64,000 bases of DNA from an uncultured Gemmatimonadota bacterium (GTDB taxonomy: Bacteria > GCA-2686955), in NCBI GenBank assembly GCA_964490075.1, contig CAZBBK010000001.1, forward strand, positions 124,001 to 188,000, in the 5' to 3' direction. A model generated the notes under the pieces. That model ran no database searches. It saw only the letters and a list, made by a program, of their open reading frames with translations, and was not told where the DNA came from. A program made the translations under genes and the position numbers. This document shows, in pieces, positions 38,043-47,161 of this stretch (position 1 is its first letter; each line of letters starts with the position of its first letter).

Positions 38043-38279
38043 ATGACCCGCCTGCGCCAGCTCGCGCTCAACCGCGACGGATTCGCCTTCGACCCCTCCA
38101 CCGGCACCAGCTTCTCACTCAATCCGTCCGGTGTGGCGGTGCTGGAGGGACTGATGGGCGATCGCTCGACCGAGCAGATCGCGCGCGATCTTCGCGAGCG
38201 CTACCAGGTGTCGCTGGAAGAAGCGGTGCGCGATGTCGCCGACTTCGTCGACAGCCTGCGCGCCCACGATCTGCTGTGA
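38043..38279 (+). CDS. PqqD-family (RRE-like) small protein
   Basis: GAGGAG RBS; GF.FDP.TG.SFSLN..G..(helical)..Y.VS.EEA.RDV..F...L. Confidence 0.8.
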   Translation: MTRLRQLALNRDGFAFDPSTGTSFSLNPSGVAVLEGLMGDRSTEQIARDLRERYQVSLEEAVRDVADFVDSLRAHDLL

Positions 38280-39343
38280 GCGATCCAATGCCCGCCCCGC
38301 TGACGGTCGGCGTATCCGGCATCAACGCCGTGGACAATCCCGGGCCCGGCGTCGGGGTCGCGCGCAGCCTGCGCGAGGCCGAGGATCTCGACCTGCGCAT
38401 CGTCGGCCTGGCCTACGACGCCATGGAGCCCGGCATCTACATGGATTGGTTGCTCGATCGCTCCTTCGTGGTCCCTTACCCTTCGGCCGGACGCGACGCA
38501 TACATCGAGAGGTTGCGATACATCCAGTCGGTGGCCGGCCTCGATTTCATCATTCCGACGCTCGACACCGAGATGCCCTTCTACAGTCGCTGCCAGGGTG
38601 AGCTGGAGACACTCGGAATGCACTGCTTCGTGCCGACTCCCGAGATGTATCGGCTGCGCGGCAAGGACCGGTTGACCGAGGTCGCCGAGACCATCGGCAT
38701 CGAGCTGCCCGAAACGGAGGTGGTCTCCAGCCAAGAGGAGCTGGTGGTCGCGGTGGAGAAGGTCGGATTGCCGGTGATGATCAAGGGCGCTTTCTACCAG
38801 GCGCGGCGCGCCCACACCACCCAGGAGGCGCTCCAGCACTGCCACCGAATCGTCGCCGAATGGGGCTATCCGATCATTGTCCAGCAGGTGGTCTCGGGCG
38901 ACGAGCTCAACGTCGTCGCGGTCGGCGACGGTGTGGGAGGGTGTCTTGGCAGGGTGGCGATCCGCAAGATGTGGATCACCGAGCTCGGCAAGATGTGGAC
39001 CGGTGTCACGATTCACAATCAGGCCATTCTCCGGGCCAGCGACGCCTTCGCCCGCGCCTACCGGTGGCGCGGCCCCTTCGAGTTGGAATGCATCGCCAGC
39101 GCCGGTCGTCTCTACCTGGTCGAGATCAACCCGCGCTTTCCCGCTTGGTGCTACTTCGCGACCGGCGTCGGCCTCAATCTGCCGGCGCGCATGATCACCA
39201 CGGCGCTCGGCGGCCCGCTGTCGGCCGAAAGCGACTACCCGGCGGGGCGCCTGTTCATTCGGTACACTTATGAGCTGGTCACGCGAATGGAACAGTTTCA
39301 AAGGCTGGTCATTCGCGGCGAGACCGCGGAGGCCCAGCGATGA
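38276..39343 (+). CDS. ATP-grasp ligase (carbamoyl-phosphate-synthase-large-like)
   Basis: DNPGPG.GVARSL, IIPTLD.E, PVMIKG, IIVQQ, GPFELE, LVEINPRFPAW. Confidence 0.85.
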   Translation: MSDPMPAPLTVGVSGINAVDNPGPGVGVARSLREAEDLDLRIVGLAYDAMEPGIYMDWLLDRSFVVPYPSAGRDAYIERLRYIQSVAGLDFIIPTLDTEMPFYSRCQGELETLGMHCFVPTPEMYRLRGKDRLTEVAETIGIELPETEVVSSQEELVVAVEKVGLPVMIKGAFYQARRAHTTQEALQHCHRIVAEWGYPIIVQQVVSGDELNVVAVGDGVGGCLGRVAIRKMWITELGKMWTGVTIHNQAILRASDAFARAYRWRGPFELECIASAGRLYLVEINPRFPAWCYFATGVGLNLPARMITTALGGPLSAESDYPAGRLFIRYTYELVTRMEQFQRLVIRGETAEAQR

Positions 39344-40707
39344 CAACCGCTTATCAGAAGCCGGTCATCTCGCGGCTGGAAACCGGGCTGGTCAACAAGT
39401 ACGGCGCCCATCCGCTCTACGCCCGGCGGGTACGCACCAAGATCGACGGCGTGGCGATCGACGATCTGCTCGAGGCCCACGGCTCGCCGCTCTTCGTCTT
39501 CAGCGAGCGCAAGCTGCGGGAGAGCTACCGCTCGGTGCTGCACGCCTTCAACACGCGCTACCCGCACGTGGTCTCGGCCTGGTCGTACAAGACCAACTAC
39601 TTGCAGGCGATCTGCGCCATCCTGCACCAGGAGGGGGCGCTCGCCGAGGTGGTCTCGGAGTTCGAGTATCAGAAGGCCCGCAGTCTGGGCATTCAGGGCG
39701 ACTCGATCATCTTCAACGGCCCCTTCAAGCGCCGCGGCGCGCTCGAGCGCGCGGTGCGCGAAGGGGCCCGAATCCACGTCGATCACCTGGACGAGATCAC
39801 CGATCTGGAGTCGATCGCCGAGCGCGAGGACAGGACGATTCACCTGGGAATCCGTCTCAACATCGACACCGGGATCTTCCCGCAGTGGACCCGATTCGGT
39901 TTCAACCTGGAGAATGGTCAGGCGCTCGACGCGGCGCGGCGCATGCGCGCCGGGGGCAAGCTGATCATCGACAGCATCCACGCCCACATCGGTACCTTCA
40001 TTCTCGATCCCGCCGCCTACGGCAAGCAGACCGCCAAGATGGCGCAGTTCGCCCGCACGCTGCAAGAGGAGCTGGGATTCGAAGTCGAGATGATCGACAT
40101 CGGCGGCGGCTTCCCGTCGCGCAGCAAGCTCAAAGGCACCTACCTGCCGCCCGATATGGCTGTGCTGCCGGTGGACGACTATGCCGAGAAGATCACCGAA
40201 GCTCTCTATGAAAACCTGCAGCCGGGCTCGTTTCCCAAGCTGGTGCTCGAGACCGGCCGTGCCGTGGTGGACGAAGCGGGCTCTCTGGTTACGACAGTTT
40301 TCGCGGCCAAGCGGCTCCCGGATGGACGCAAGGCCTACGTCATGGACGCGGGCGTCAACACTCTTTTCACCTCGTTCTGGTACAAGTTCGACATCGCGCT
40401 CGGGCAGGAGCCGCGAGGCATGAACGAGGCGGCGCTGATCAACGGTCCGCTGTGCATGAACATCGATGTGCTCGACGAAGCGACAGAGCTGCCGCCGCTG
40501 CAGCGAGGAGATCGGCTGATCTTCTCGCCGGTGGGCGCCTACAACGTCACCCAGTGGATGCAATTCATCGAGTATCGGCCCAGCGTGGTGCTGATCACCG
40601 AGGACGGCTCCGTCGAGTTGATCCGGGAGGCGGAGAACCTGAGCGATATCGAGCGACGTGAACGCCTTCCCGATCGCCTGCGGCCGCCGGCGATCGACGG
40701 CGAGTGA
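39340..40707 (+). CDS. PLP-dependent diaminopimelate/ornithine decarboxylase-family (fold III) enzyme
   Basis: HGSPLFVF, WSYKTN (PLP Lys), IIFNGP.K, HAHIGT, IDIGGGF, LETGR, GPLCMNID, VGAY. Confidence 0.88.
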   Translation: MTTAYQKPVISRLETGLVNKYGAHPLYARRVRTKIDGVAIDDLLEAHGSPLFVFSERKLRESYRSVLHAFNTRYPHVVSAWSYKTNYLQAICAILHQEGALAEVVSEFEYQKARSLGIQGDSIIFNGPFKRRGALERAVREGARIHVDHLDEITDLESIAEREDRTIHLGIRLNIDTGIFPQWTRFGFNLENGQALDAARRMRAGGKLIIDSIHAHIGTFILDPAAYGKQTAKMAQFARTLQEELGFEVEMIDIGGGFPSRSKLKGTYLPPDMAVLPVDDYAEKITEALYENLQPGSFPKLVLETGRAVVDEAGSLVTTVFAAKRLPDGRKAYVMDAGVNTLFTSFWYKFDIALGQEPRGMNEAALINGPLCMNIDVLDEATELPPLQRGDRLIFSPVGAYNVTQWMQFIEYRPSVVLITEDGSVELIREAENLSDIERRERLPDRLRPPAIDGE

Positions 40708-40717
40708 GGCGCGGGTG

Positions 40718-42817
40718 ATGCGTGCCCACACCGTCGCGATCCTCGGCAGCTACAGCGAAGTGCTCTTCTATCGCGGCTGGCCGATGGGCCTCTTGTTGGC
40801 AACGGTGACACTCATCTCGCCCGACGTGGCCGGGGCGGGGCTGGTGGCGGTGGTCGCCGCCTACGCCTTCGCGCGCTTCATCGGCATGCAGGCGACCTTC
40901 CTCGAGTCTGGCTTCTACACTTACAACCCCCTGCTGGTCGGGCTGTCGATCGGCTACCTGTTCCAGCTCACGCCTTTGACGGCCTTCTTCGTGGTCGTGG
41001 CCGGGGTCTGCGCCTTCGTGGTGACCCACATAATGCACCACCTGCTCGGCTCCTTGCTGCGCCTGCCGATCCTGAGCGTGCCCTTCGTGCTGGTCAGCTC
41101 CACCGCCTACCTGGCAGCCTCGCAGTACACCAATCTCCATGTGCGGGGTCTGTATCCGGTCAGTCGAGGACCGGTCGGCACCGCCCTGCCGATGTGGCTC
41201 TCGGGGTTCTTCGAGTCTCTGGGCGCGATCTTCTTCATGCCTCACCTGGTCGCCGGGATCTGTATCGCCCTCGGCCTGCTCCTGGTGTCGCGCATTCTGC
41301 TGCTGCTGGCATTCACCGGCTATCTGGCGGGGGCGACGGTGCTGGCGCTGCTCGCGGGCTCCGCGCCGGCCGCGTTCTCCAATCCCAACGCTTTCAACTT
41401 CATCCTGATCGCCATGGCCCTCGGCGGGGTGTTCCTGGTGCCCTCGCCGCGCGCCTATTCGATCGCCATGATCGCGGTGGTGGTCTCCACGCTGCCCTTG
41501 AGCTCCACCGAAGTGTTCTGGTCGCAGTACGGCCTTCCGGCTTTTGCCCTGCCCTTCAACCTGGTGACGCTCACCTTCGTCTACCTACTAACGCTGGTGG
41601 ACCACCCGCTGGTCGCCCGCCCCGCGGGCGCCACACCGGAGGAGGCGCTCGATGCCTTCCTCGCCGGTCGCGACCGCTTCCCGGGCACACTGCGTACCCT
41701 CGCCCTGCCCTTCCACGGCGAGTGGTCGGTGTGGCAAGGATGCGACGGTCCCTGGACCCACCGGGGGCCGTGGCGGCACGCCTGCGACTTCGTGCTGCGA
41801 GGCGAGGACGGCAATACGTACCGCGGTCCGGGCGACCGGCTCGAACACTACCTGGCCTATCGCAAGCCGGTGCTGGCGCCGGTCCGGGGTCGGGTGGCGA
41901 AAATCGTCGCCGAGCTGCCCGACAACCCGGTGGGGGAAAGCGACCGACAACGCAGTTGGGGCAACCTGGTTATCCTGGCCGACGAGCGCGGCTTCTTCGT
42001 CGAGCTCTCGCACTTCGCACAAGGCTCGATTCGGGTCGTCGAAGGGCAATGGGTGGAGCGCGGCGCGCTGCTCGGTCTATGCGGCAACTCCGGGAACTCG
42101 CCCGAGCCGCATATCCACGTGCAGGTGCAAGCGACCGATCGCGTCGGGGCGGCGACCCTGCCCTTCAGCTTCGTCGCCTACCGCGCCGGTGATTCCTACC
42201 ACGGCAACGACATGCCCCTACAGGGCGAGCGGATCGCGACGCTGGCGCCCGAGCGCGACATGGAATCGCGGCTCGGATTCGTGCTGGACGAGCAGTTCGT
42301 CTTCGAAGTATCGCGCAATGGGCGGCCCGCCGGTCGAACGCAGCACCAGGTGCGCGCCGCTCACGACGGAACGCTCTACTTCGAGTCGGCGCGCGGCAGG
42401 CTCTTCTTCGGTCGCTTCGAAGACACATTTTACTGCCACCGAGTGGAAGGCGACGACCCCTGGTTGCGCACCCTCTTCCTGGCGGCGCCGCGGCTGCCCC
42501 TGGCGTTCCACGAAGGCCTGCGCTGGAGCGACCGGGTGCCGGCCGCCGCCGCCCGCGATGGGCTGCGCTCGTTGCTCTTCGATTTCCTACGCTCCTTTCA
42601 CCACGGCCTGGGGCGCGTCGACGTCGAGCTCGCATCCGCGGGGGATGCGGTGTTCGATGGCATAGTGCGTTCGCGGGCGCTGGCCATGGAGCGGTCGACG
42701 CGAGTCGAGATCCACCCGCGCCGGGGATTCCAGTCGATCCGTGTCGGCGAAATGCGGATGCAGCGGATCGAGGAGGCAGATCCCGTCGACGAAGACCAGC
42801 AGAGGAAGAGCACATGA
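40718..42817 (+). CDS. Urea-transporter-family membrane domain fused to M23 peptidase domain and C-terminal extension
   Basis: About 10 TM helices with YNPLLVGL, LS.PFV, FNFILIAMALGG, LPFN; then LPFHGEW.V.QG, THRG.W.HA.DF, PVLAPV.G, WGN.V, LSHF, GNSGNSPEPHIHVQ. Confidence 0.82.
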   Translation: MRAHTVAILGSYSEVLFYRGWPMGLLLATVTLISPDVAGAGLVAVVAAYAFARFIGMQATFLESGFYTYNPLLVGLSIGYLFQLTPLTAFFVVVAGVCAFVVTHIMHHLLGSLLRLPILSVPFVLVSSTAYLAASQYTNLHVRGLYPVSRGPVGTALPMWLSGFFESLGAIFFMPHLVAGICIALGLLLVSRILLLLAFTGYLAGATVLALLAGSAPAAFSNPNAFNFILIAMALGGVFLVPSPRAYSIAMIAVVVSTLPLSSTEVFWSQYGLPAFALPFNLVTLTFVYLLTLVDHPLVARPAGATPEEALDAFLAGRDRFPGTLRTLALPFHGEWSVWQGCDGPWTHRGPWRHACDFVLRGEDGNTYRGPGDRLEHYLAYRKPVLAPVRGRVAKIVAELPDNPVGESDRQRSWGNLVILADERGFFVELSHFAQGSIRVVEGQWVERGALLGLCGNSGNSPEPHIHVQVQATDRVGAATLPFSFVAYRAGDSYHGNDMPLQGERIATLAPERDMESRLGFVLDEQFVFEVSRNGRPAGRTQHQVRAAHDGTLYFESARGRLFFGRFEDTFYCHRVEGDDPWLRTLFLAAPRLPLAFHEGLRWSDRVPAAAARDGLRSLLFDFLRSFHHGLGRVDVELASAGDAVFDGIVRSRALAMERSTRVEIHPRRGFQSIRVGEMRMQRIEEADPVDEDQQRKST

Positions 42818-43698
42818 CTCGCCGCTTCGTTCTTGTCGCGATCGGTCTGCTCTGGGGAGCTTGCGACCCGCTGCCGTGCCCCCGGGCATGCGCGGGCGAT
42901 CTCTCGGCGCTGGTCTACGGCGCCGGCACCAGCTACGGCACCTCTCGAGCCAAGGAGTCGGCCGCCACCGCCGGCATCTACGCCGCCGCCAGCGCTGCTC
43001 CCGGACATGCCCTGGAGCTCGACCTGGCACGCACCGCCATCGCAGCGCGAGTCGACAGCGCGAACACGGAACAGATCGATCTGACAGTCTCTTGGATCCG
43101 TACCCTGCCGGGCCGCCGTACCCGCGCCGGCGTCCACTGGATCGAGTCGAGCGACCCCTGGAGCGACGCGGCGCTCACCCTCTTCGCATCGGAGCTGGCA
43201 GGAAGCGCTCATCGATCCCACGCCGACCTGGAGCTCGCATACACCCGCTACCCGCACTATTCGAGCGGGCTCGGCGTGCTGCAGATCTCGCCGGGAATCG
43301 GTCGCGCCATCTATGACGCCACCGGCGGCGGCGGTCTCCACGGGTCGCTGCGGATGCACTACATTCGGCTGCTCGATCCGGTGATCGACGGCGCCCACGG
43401 CGATCTCGACCGCAACATGATCTCGGTCGAGGCCGATCTGGCCTTCCTGCGCCCTCCCTGGAGCCTCCGCTGCACCGTCTGGAGCGGCCGCCAGTCCTTC
43501 GCCGTGCGGCGCTCCGGCTTCCTGGTGTTCAATCTCTCCGAACTGCACAGCGGAGGCTATGGAGCCACTCTGCGGCGCCGCCTCGGCGCTGGCTTCACGG
43601 CGAGTGTGGGCGCCTTCCGCGAGCAGTTTCGCGAGCTAGGCTTCGACGACCCCCTCGCGTCGACCACGTTCTCGGCGACGCTCGGAATTCTGCCATGA
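42814..43698 (+). CDS. Hypothetical exported protein, probable outer-membrane beta-barrel
   Basis: N-terminal signal; alternating amphipathic strands (ALELDLART, DLELAYTRY, LRMHYIRL, SVEADLAF, FTASVGAF). Confidence 0.5.
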   Translation: MTRRFVLVAIGLLWGACDPLPCPRACAGDLSALVYGAGTSYGTSRAKESAATAGIYAAASAAPGHALELDLARTAIAARVDSANTEQIDLTVSWIRTLPGRRTRAGVHWIESSDPWSDAALTLFASELAGSAHRSHADLELAYTRYPHYSSGLGVLQISPGIGRAIYDATGGGGLHGSLRMHYIRLLDPVIDGAHGDLDRNMISVEADLAFLRPPWSLRCTVWSGRQSFAVRRSGFLVFNLSELHSGGYGATLRRRLGAGFTASVGAFREQFRELGFDDPLASTTFSATLGILP

Positions 43699-44363
43699 GA
43701 CAGTCACCAGCCCGGGCAAGCTCCTCGATCATCGCAACCATCGCGCTGTCGGGCCTGCTCCTGTCGGCGACGACCTGGGGACAGACCGCGCCTCCCGTTC
43801 CGCTCTCCGCCGCCCAGATCGCCGACGCCTACCAGCGTTCCTACGGCTACGAACGCTCTCAGGACCACGCCAACGCCTTGCGCGCCCTGGCGCCGGTTCA
43901 CGCCGCCAATCCCGACGACTACACCGTCAACTTGAGGCTCGGCTGGTTGAGCTACCTGGCCGGCCACCACGCCGACGCAACCGACCACTACGCGAGTGCG
44001 ATCCGCGCCGCGCCGCAGAGCATCGAAGCGAAGCTCGGCCGGCTGCTGCCCTTGCTGGCCCAGGAGCGCTACGCCTCCGCCGAGGCGGCGGCTCTGCAGA
44101 TCGTCGCGCTCGATCACTACAGTTACTATGGCAACCTGCGCCTGGCCCACGCGCTGCGCATGCAGGGCAAACTGGAGCAGGCCGAGCGGATCGCGGCGAA
44201 GATGGCAGGCGCCTACCCGACCGACACACAGTTTCTCACCGAGCTGGCGCTGATCGACGTGGCGCGCGACGATCTCGCGGCGGCGAGCCGGCGCTTCGCG
44301 CACATCCTGCTGCTTGATCCGGAGAACCCGATCGCCCGGGCCGAACTTCAGGATCCGGAGTAG
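43695..44363 (+). CDS. Exported tetratricopeptide-repeat protein
   Basis: Signal peptide; Y..NLRLGWL.Y..G, EAKLG..LPL, YYGNLRLA..L...G, LLLDPEN. Confidence 0.8.
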   Translation: MRQSPARASSSIIATIALSGLLLSATTWGQTAPPVPLSAAQIADAYQRSYGYERSQDHANALRALAPVHAANPDDYTVNLRLGWLSYLAGHHADATDHYASAIRAAPQSIEAKLGRLLPLLAQERYASAEAAALQIVALDHYSYYGNLRLAHALRMQGKLEQAERIAAKMAGAYPTDTQFLTELALIDVARDDLAAASRRFAHILLLDPENPIARAELQDPE

Positions 44364-44499
44364 AGCTCGGGGAGCGAGGGACTCCGGAACACGTTCGGAC
44401 GAGACTCGTCCTCCGTCCCCCTTCCATGTGGTGAAGCACGAATCGCTGCCCAGAGCTCCTAGCCGCACAGGTTCGAGCGGTGGCGGCGAAGTAGCGCGA

Positions 44500-46032
44500 T
44501 CAATCGATGTATCCCAGGGCCCTCAGCTCTTGGATCATCAGGGAATCCAGTTCCACCCGCGCCCCCGCCTGGTCGCGACTCCGGCGCGCCGTCCACGCCA
44601 GCAGGTGGTCCCGCATGCGTTGTTCTCGCTGAGCTTCCGCGACCGCGAGGTCACGCTGCTCATGTGGATCGTCGCTCAGATTGAAGAGCTCGAGCCCCTT
44701 GTGCCGATATACATCCGGCGCAGGCTTGTAGAGCTCTGCGGTGGAGACGATGATCTTCCAAGGCCATTCGATCATAGCCAGGGCCGAGCGATTGGCGTGC
44801 TCGATGATGATGGGCTGGGGGAGGGCCTCGATCGTGTCGAGACAGGCGCCGACCAGGCTTCGGCCGGGCAGGGCGCTCGTCGCCTCCAGCTCCGCGAGCT
44901 CCAGGATTGTCGGCAACAGATCGATTCCCTGTACGGGCGTGTCCACGCGGCGCCCTTCCGGTAGTTGGCCCTGCCACGAGAGCAGCATGGGAACGCGAAC
45001 GCAGGCTTCGTAGATGCTGCGATGCGCAGCGTACACGCCGTCCACGTCGAAATTCTCCCCGTGATCGCCGACTACCACGATCAAAGGGGCGGGATCACCT
45101 TCCTCGGAGCTGGAACGTAATCCCTCGAGGAGCCTGCCAATCACCGCGTCCGTTTGGGCAATCTCGCCGTCATAGAGCGCTTCGATGCACGCCCGATCCG
45201 CCTGTGAAAGGAGCCGGTGGACCTGGTCGAGATCGCGTCGTGGATCGCGGTGCTGATAGGTACTCTCAAAAAGTCTGTGTTCCGAGGCAGTCGAATTCGG
45301 AAGTCGTCGACGTGCCTCACTGGGATCGATCACCCGAGCGTGCAGATCACGGAGTGTCGAGAGCCGTGGCGTCCAATGATCCACGAAGCGGTTCGCAAGG
45401 GTGGAATCCGGTGCATAGGGCGTGTGCGGTTCGAAGAGGTGGACCCAGATCAGATAGGCGTGGCCACGGTTTCGCCTGACCCAACGCAGCGCCCGTTGCG
45501 CCGTGCGTTCGCCGGGGCGGGTCCAACGATCGGCACCGTAGTGCGTGGGGCCGGTTTGGTGGCGAACGTTGTCGAAGTGATCGAATCCCGGATCGAATCC
45601 GGATCTGGGGCCGTTGAGATGCAGTACGCTCACGAAAGCAGCGGTCCGATGTCCGGCGGCCTGGAAGTACTGGGCGAGAGTAGGCACACCCAGGTCATCC
45701 CAACGCTGCCCGTTGTCGTGCAGTCCGTGGTCGCTCACATGTTGACCACTCAAGATCGAGGCGTGCGAGGGAACGGTGGAGTTGGATTGGCTGTAGGCCC
45801 GAGTGAAGAGGACACCAGTCGCGGCCAGGGAGTCGAGGATCGGACTGGTTGGATGCTCGTAGCCGTAAGCCGAAACGTGGTCGGCACGAATGGTGTCGAT
45901 GGTCACGAGGACGACCGGAGAACGAGGATCCACCCCGCAGGAGACCAGGAAGAAGAGAGCGGTGGGAATCAAGATCAGACGGCCCCACGTCGGGCGCGGC
46001 AACGTGGTGGTCGAACTCCGAGATCTGCACAT
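44500..46032 (-). CDS. Sulfatase-like hydrolase/transferase lipoprotein (TxPSH motif)
   Basis: Lipobox LVSC; LVTIDTIRADH..YGY, STVPSHASILSG, HLFEPHTPY, GDHGE, LRALGYID. Confidence 0.85.
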   Translation of the reverse strand: MCRSRSSTTTLPRPTWGRLILIPTALFFLVSCGVDPRSPVVLVTIDTIRADHVSAYGYEHPTSPILDSLAATGVLFTRAYSQSNSTVPSHASILSGQHVSDHGLHDNGQRWDDLGVPTLAQYFQAAGHRTAAFVSVLHLNGPRSGFDPGFDHFDNVRHQTGPTHYGADRWTRPGERTAQRALRWVRRNRGHAYLIWVHLFEPHTPYAPDSTLANRFVDHWTPRLSTLRDLHARVIDPSEARRRLPNSTASEHRLFESTYQHRDPRRDLDQVHRLLSQADRACIEALYDGEIAQTDAVIGRLLEGLRSSSEEGDPAPLIVVVGDHGENFDVDGVYAAHRSIYEACVRVPMLLSWQGQLPEGRRVDTPVQGIDLLPTILELAELEATSALPGRSLVGACLDTIEALPQPIIIEHANRSALAMIEWPWKIIVSTAELYKPAPDVYRHKGLELFNLSDDPHEQRDLAVAEAQREQRMRDHLLAWTARRSRDQAGARVELDSLMIQELRALGYID

Positions 46033-46109
46033 GATGAGCTCCGTCTCTCTAATCCGGGTACGACGTGGGGACGGCCCGGCACGCCAGTGCACAGGGGCGG
46101 CCGCATCCT

Positions 46110-46590
46110 TCAATCGAGGTAGCCGAGGGCACCAAGAAGTCCCTGAAGCCCTCGCTCCGGGCCAGGCTGGCGATCCGGGGCAATGTCTCTGGAGAGCGGA
46201 ACAGCCGCCTCTCCGCGTCGGATCGGATGCGCTTCGAGGTGCGTCGGGCTGAACGCATCGGTCAGAACTCGGGCATCGAGATCGGCGGGAACCGGGAGTC
46301 CAAGCAGGTGTAGGATCGTGGGGGGAAGATCGGTGATTTCTGCTTCCGCCAGTGTCTTGCCGGCACGAATGCCCTCACCTCTGGCGACCAGGATGCCGTT
46401 CATGCGGTGCACGCCGCCTCTGAACTCGCTGAAAACCGTGTCGCCTGCGACCGCGCCCGAGGCAACGACAGACCAGTCCTTGAACTCCGCGATCAGGTCG
46501 GGTGCCTCATCGGCGTGGGGGCCGTGGAAGATCTCGGCGCCCTCGCGGATCCGTTCGCAGAGGGGCGCGCCGGTCGCGGGGGGGCGTATG
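46110..46590 (-). pseudogene. C-terminal fragment of a type I phosphodiesterase/nucleotide pyrophosphatase-family protein
   Basis: PATG.P, GPH.DEAPDL, GVHRMNGIL.A.G.GI, ITDL.PTIL.LLG.PVP.DLD.RVL, ALGYLD; catalytic N-terminus missing. Confidence 0.65.
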
Positions 46591-47158
46591 ACACACTCCC
46601 ATTCGGCCTCGGTAGGCAGACGATAGCCCTCGGCCTGGTGGTTCCACAGCACCTGATCGCCGTCGACCTGGTAGGCCGGCGAGAGCCCCATGCGCAGGGA
46701 GAGAGCGTTGCAGTAGAGGACGGCATCCAGCCAGCTGACCCCCTCCACGGGGCAGGACTGGCAGCTCTGGTAGCTGCTCGGGCTGTCGCCCATGATGGAG
46801 AGCGCCACTGGGCCTGGGTCACCTCGGTCTGGGACAGATAGAAGGCTTGGGTCAGCCGCACGCCGTGTTGGCGCTCATCCATGTCGCGACCCAGCTCATC
46901 TTCCGGTGAGCCCATAATGAAGTCGCCGGGCTCGATTCTGATCAGAGGCTCTGGCGTGGGCAGGGCGGCCTCGTAGTGATTGGCGGCGGTGGCGAGGGGC
47001 TCGGCACCCAAGTCGTCGCCGCTCCATGGCCAAGATGCCAGAACGAGGACGCAAGCGAGGGCGACAGATCTGCGCCAGGTGCTTCCTCCTCGGTCGCGGT
47101 GCATCACCGATCCCTCGTCACGGTTCTCGCTGCCACTGATGGTCCCGTCTCCTGTCAT
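46591..47158 (-). pseudogene. Frameshifted, truncated formylglycine-generating-enzyme (SUMF1/FGE-sulfatase) domain gene
   Basis: GDFIMGSP..E.GR..DE.QH.V.LT..F...TEVTQAQW | 2-nt insertion near 46800 | SIMG..PS...PVEGVSW.DA..YCN.LS...YRLPTEAEWE, then ends. Confidence 0.75.
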
Positions 47159-47161
47159 TTC

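Noticed and set aside
39340-40707. Calling the decarboxylase lysA
   Set aside because: The PLP motif (WSYKTN), N-terminal extension and operon context differ from housekeeping LysA; substrate unknown.
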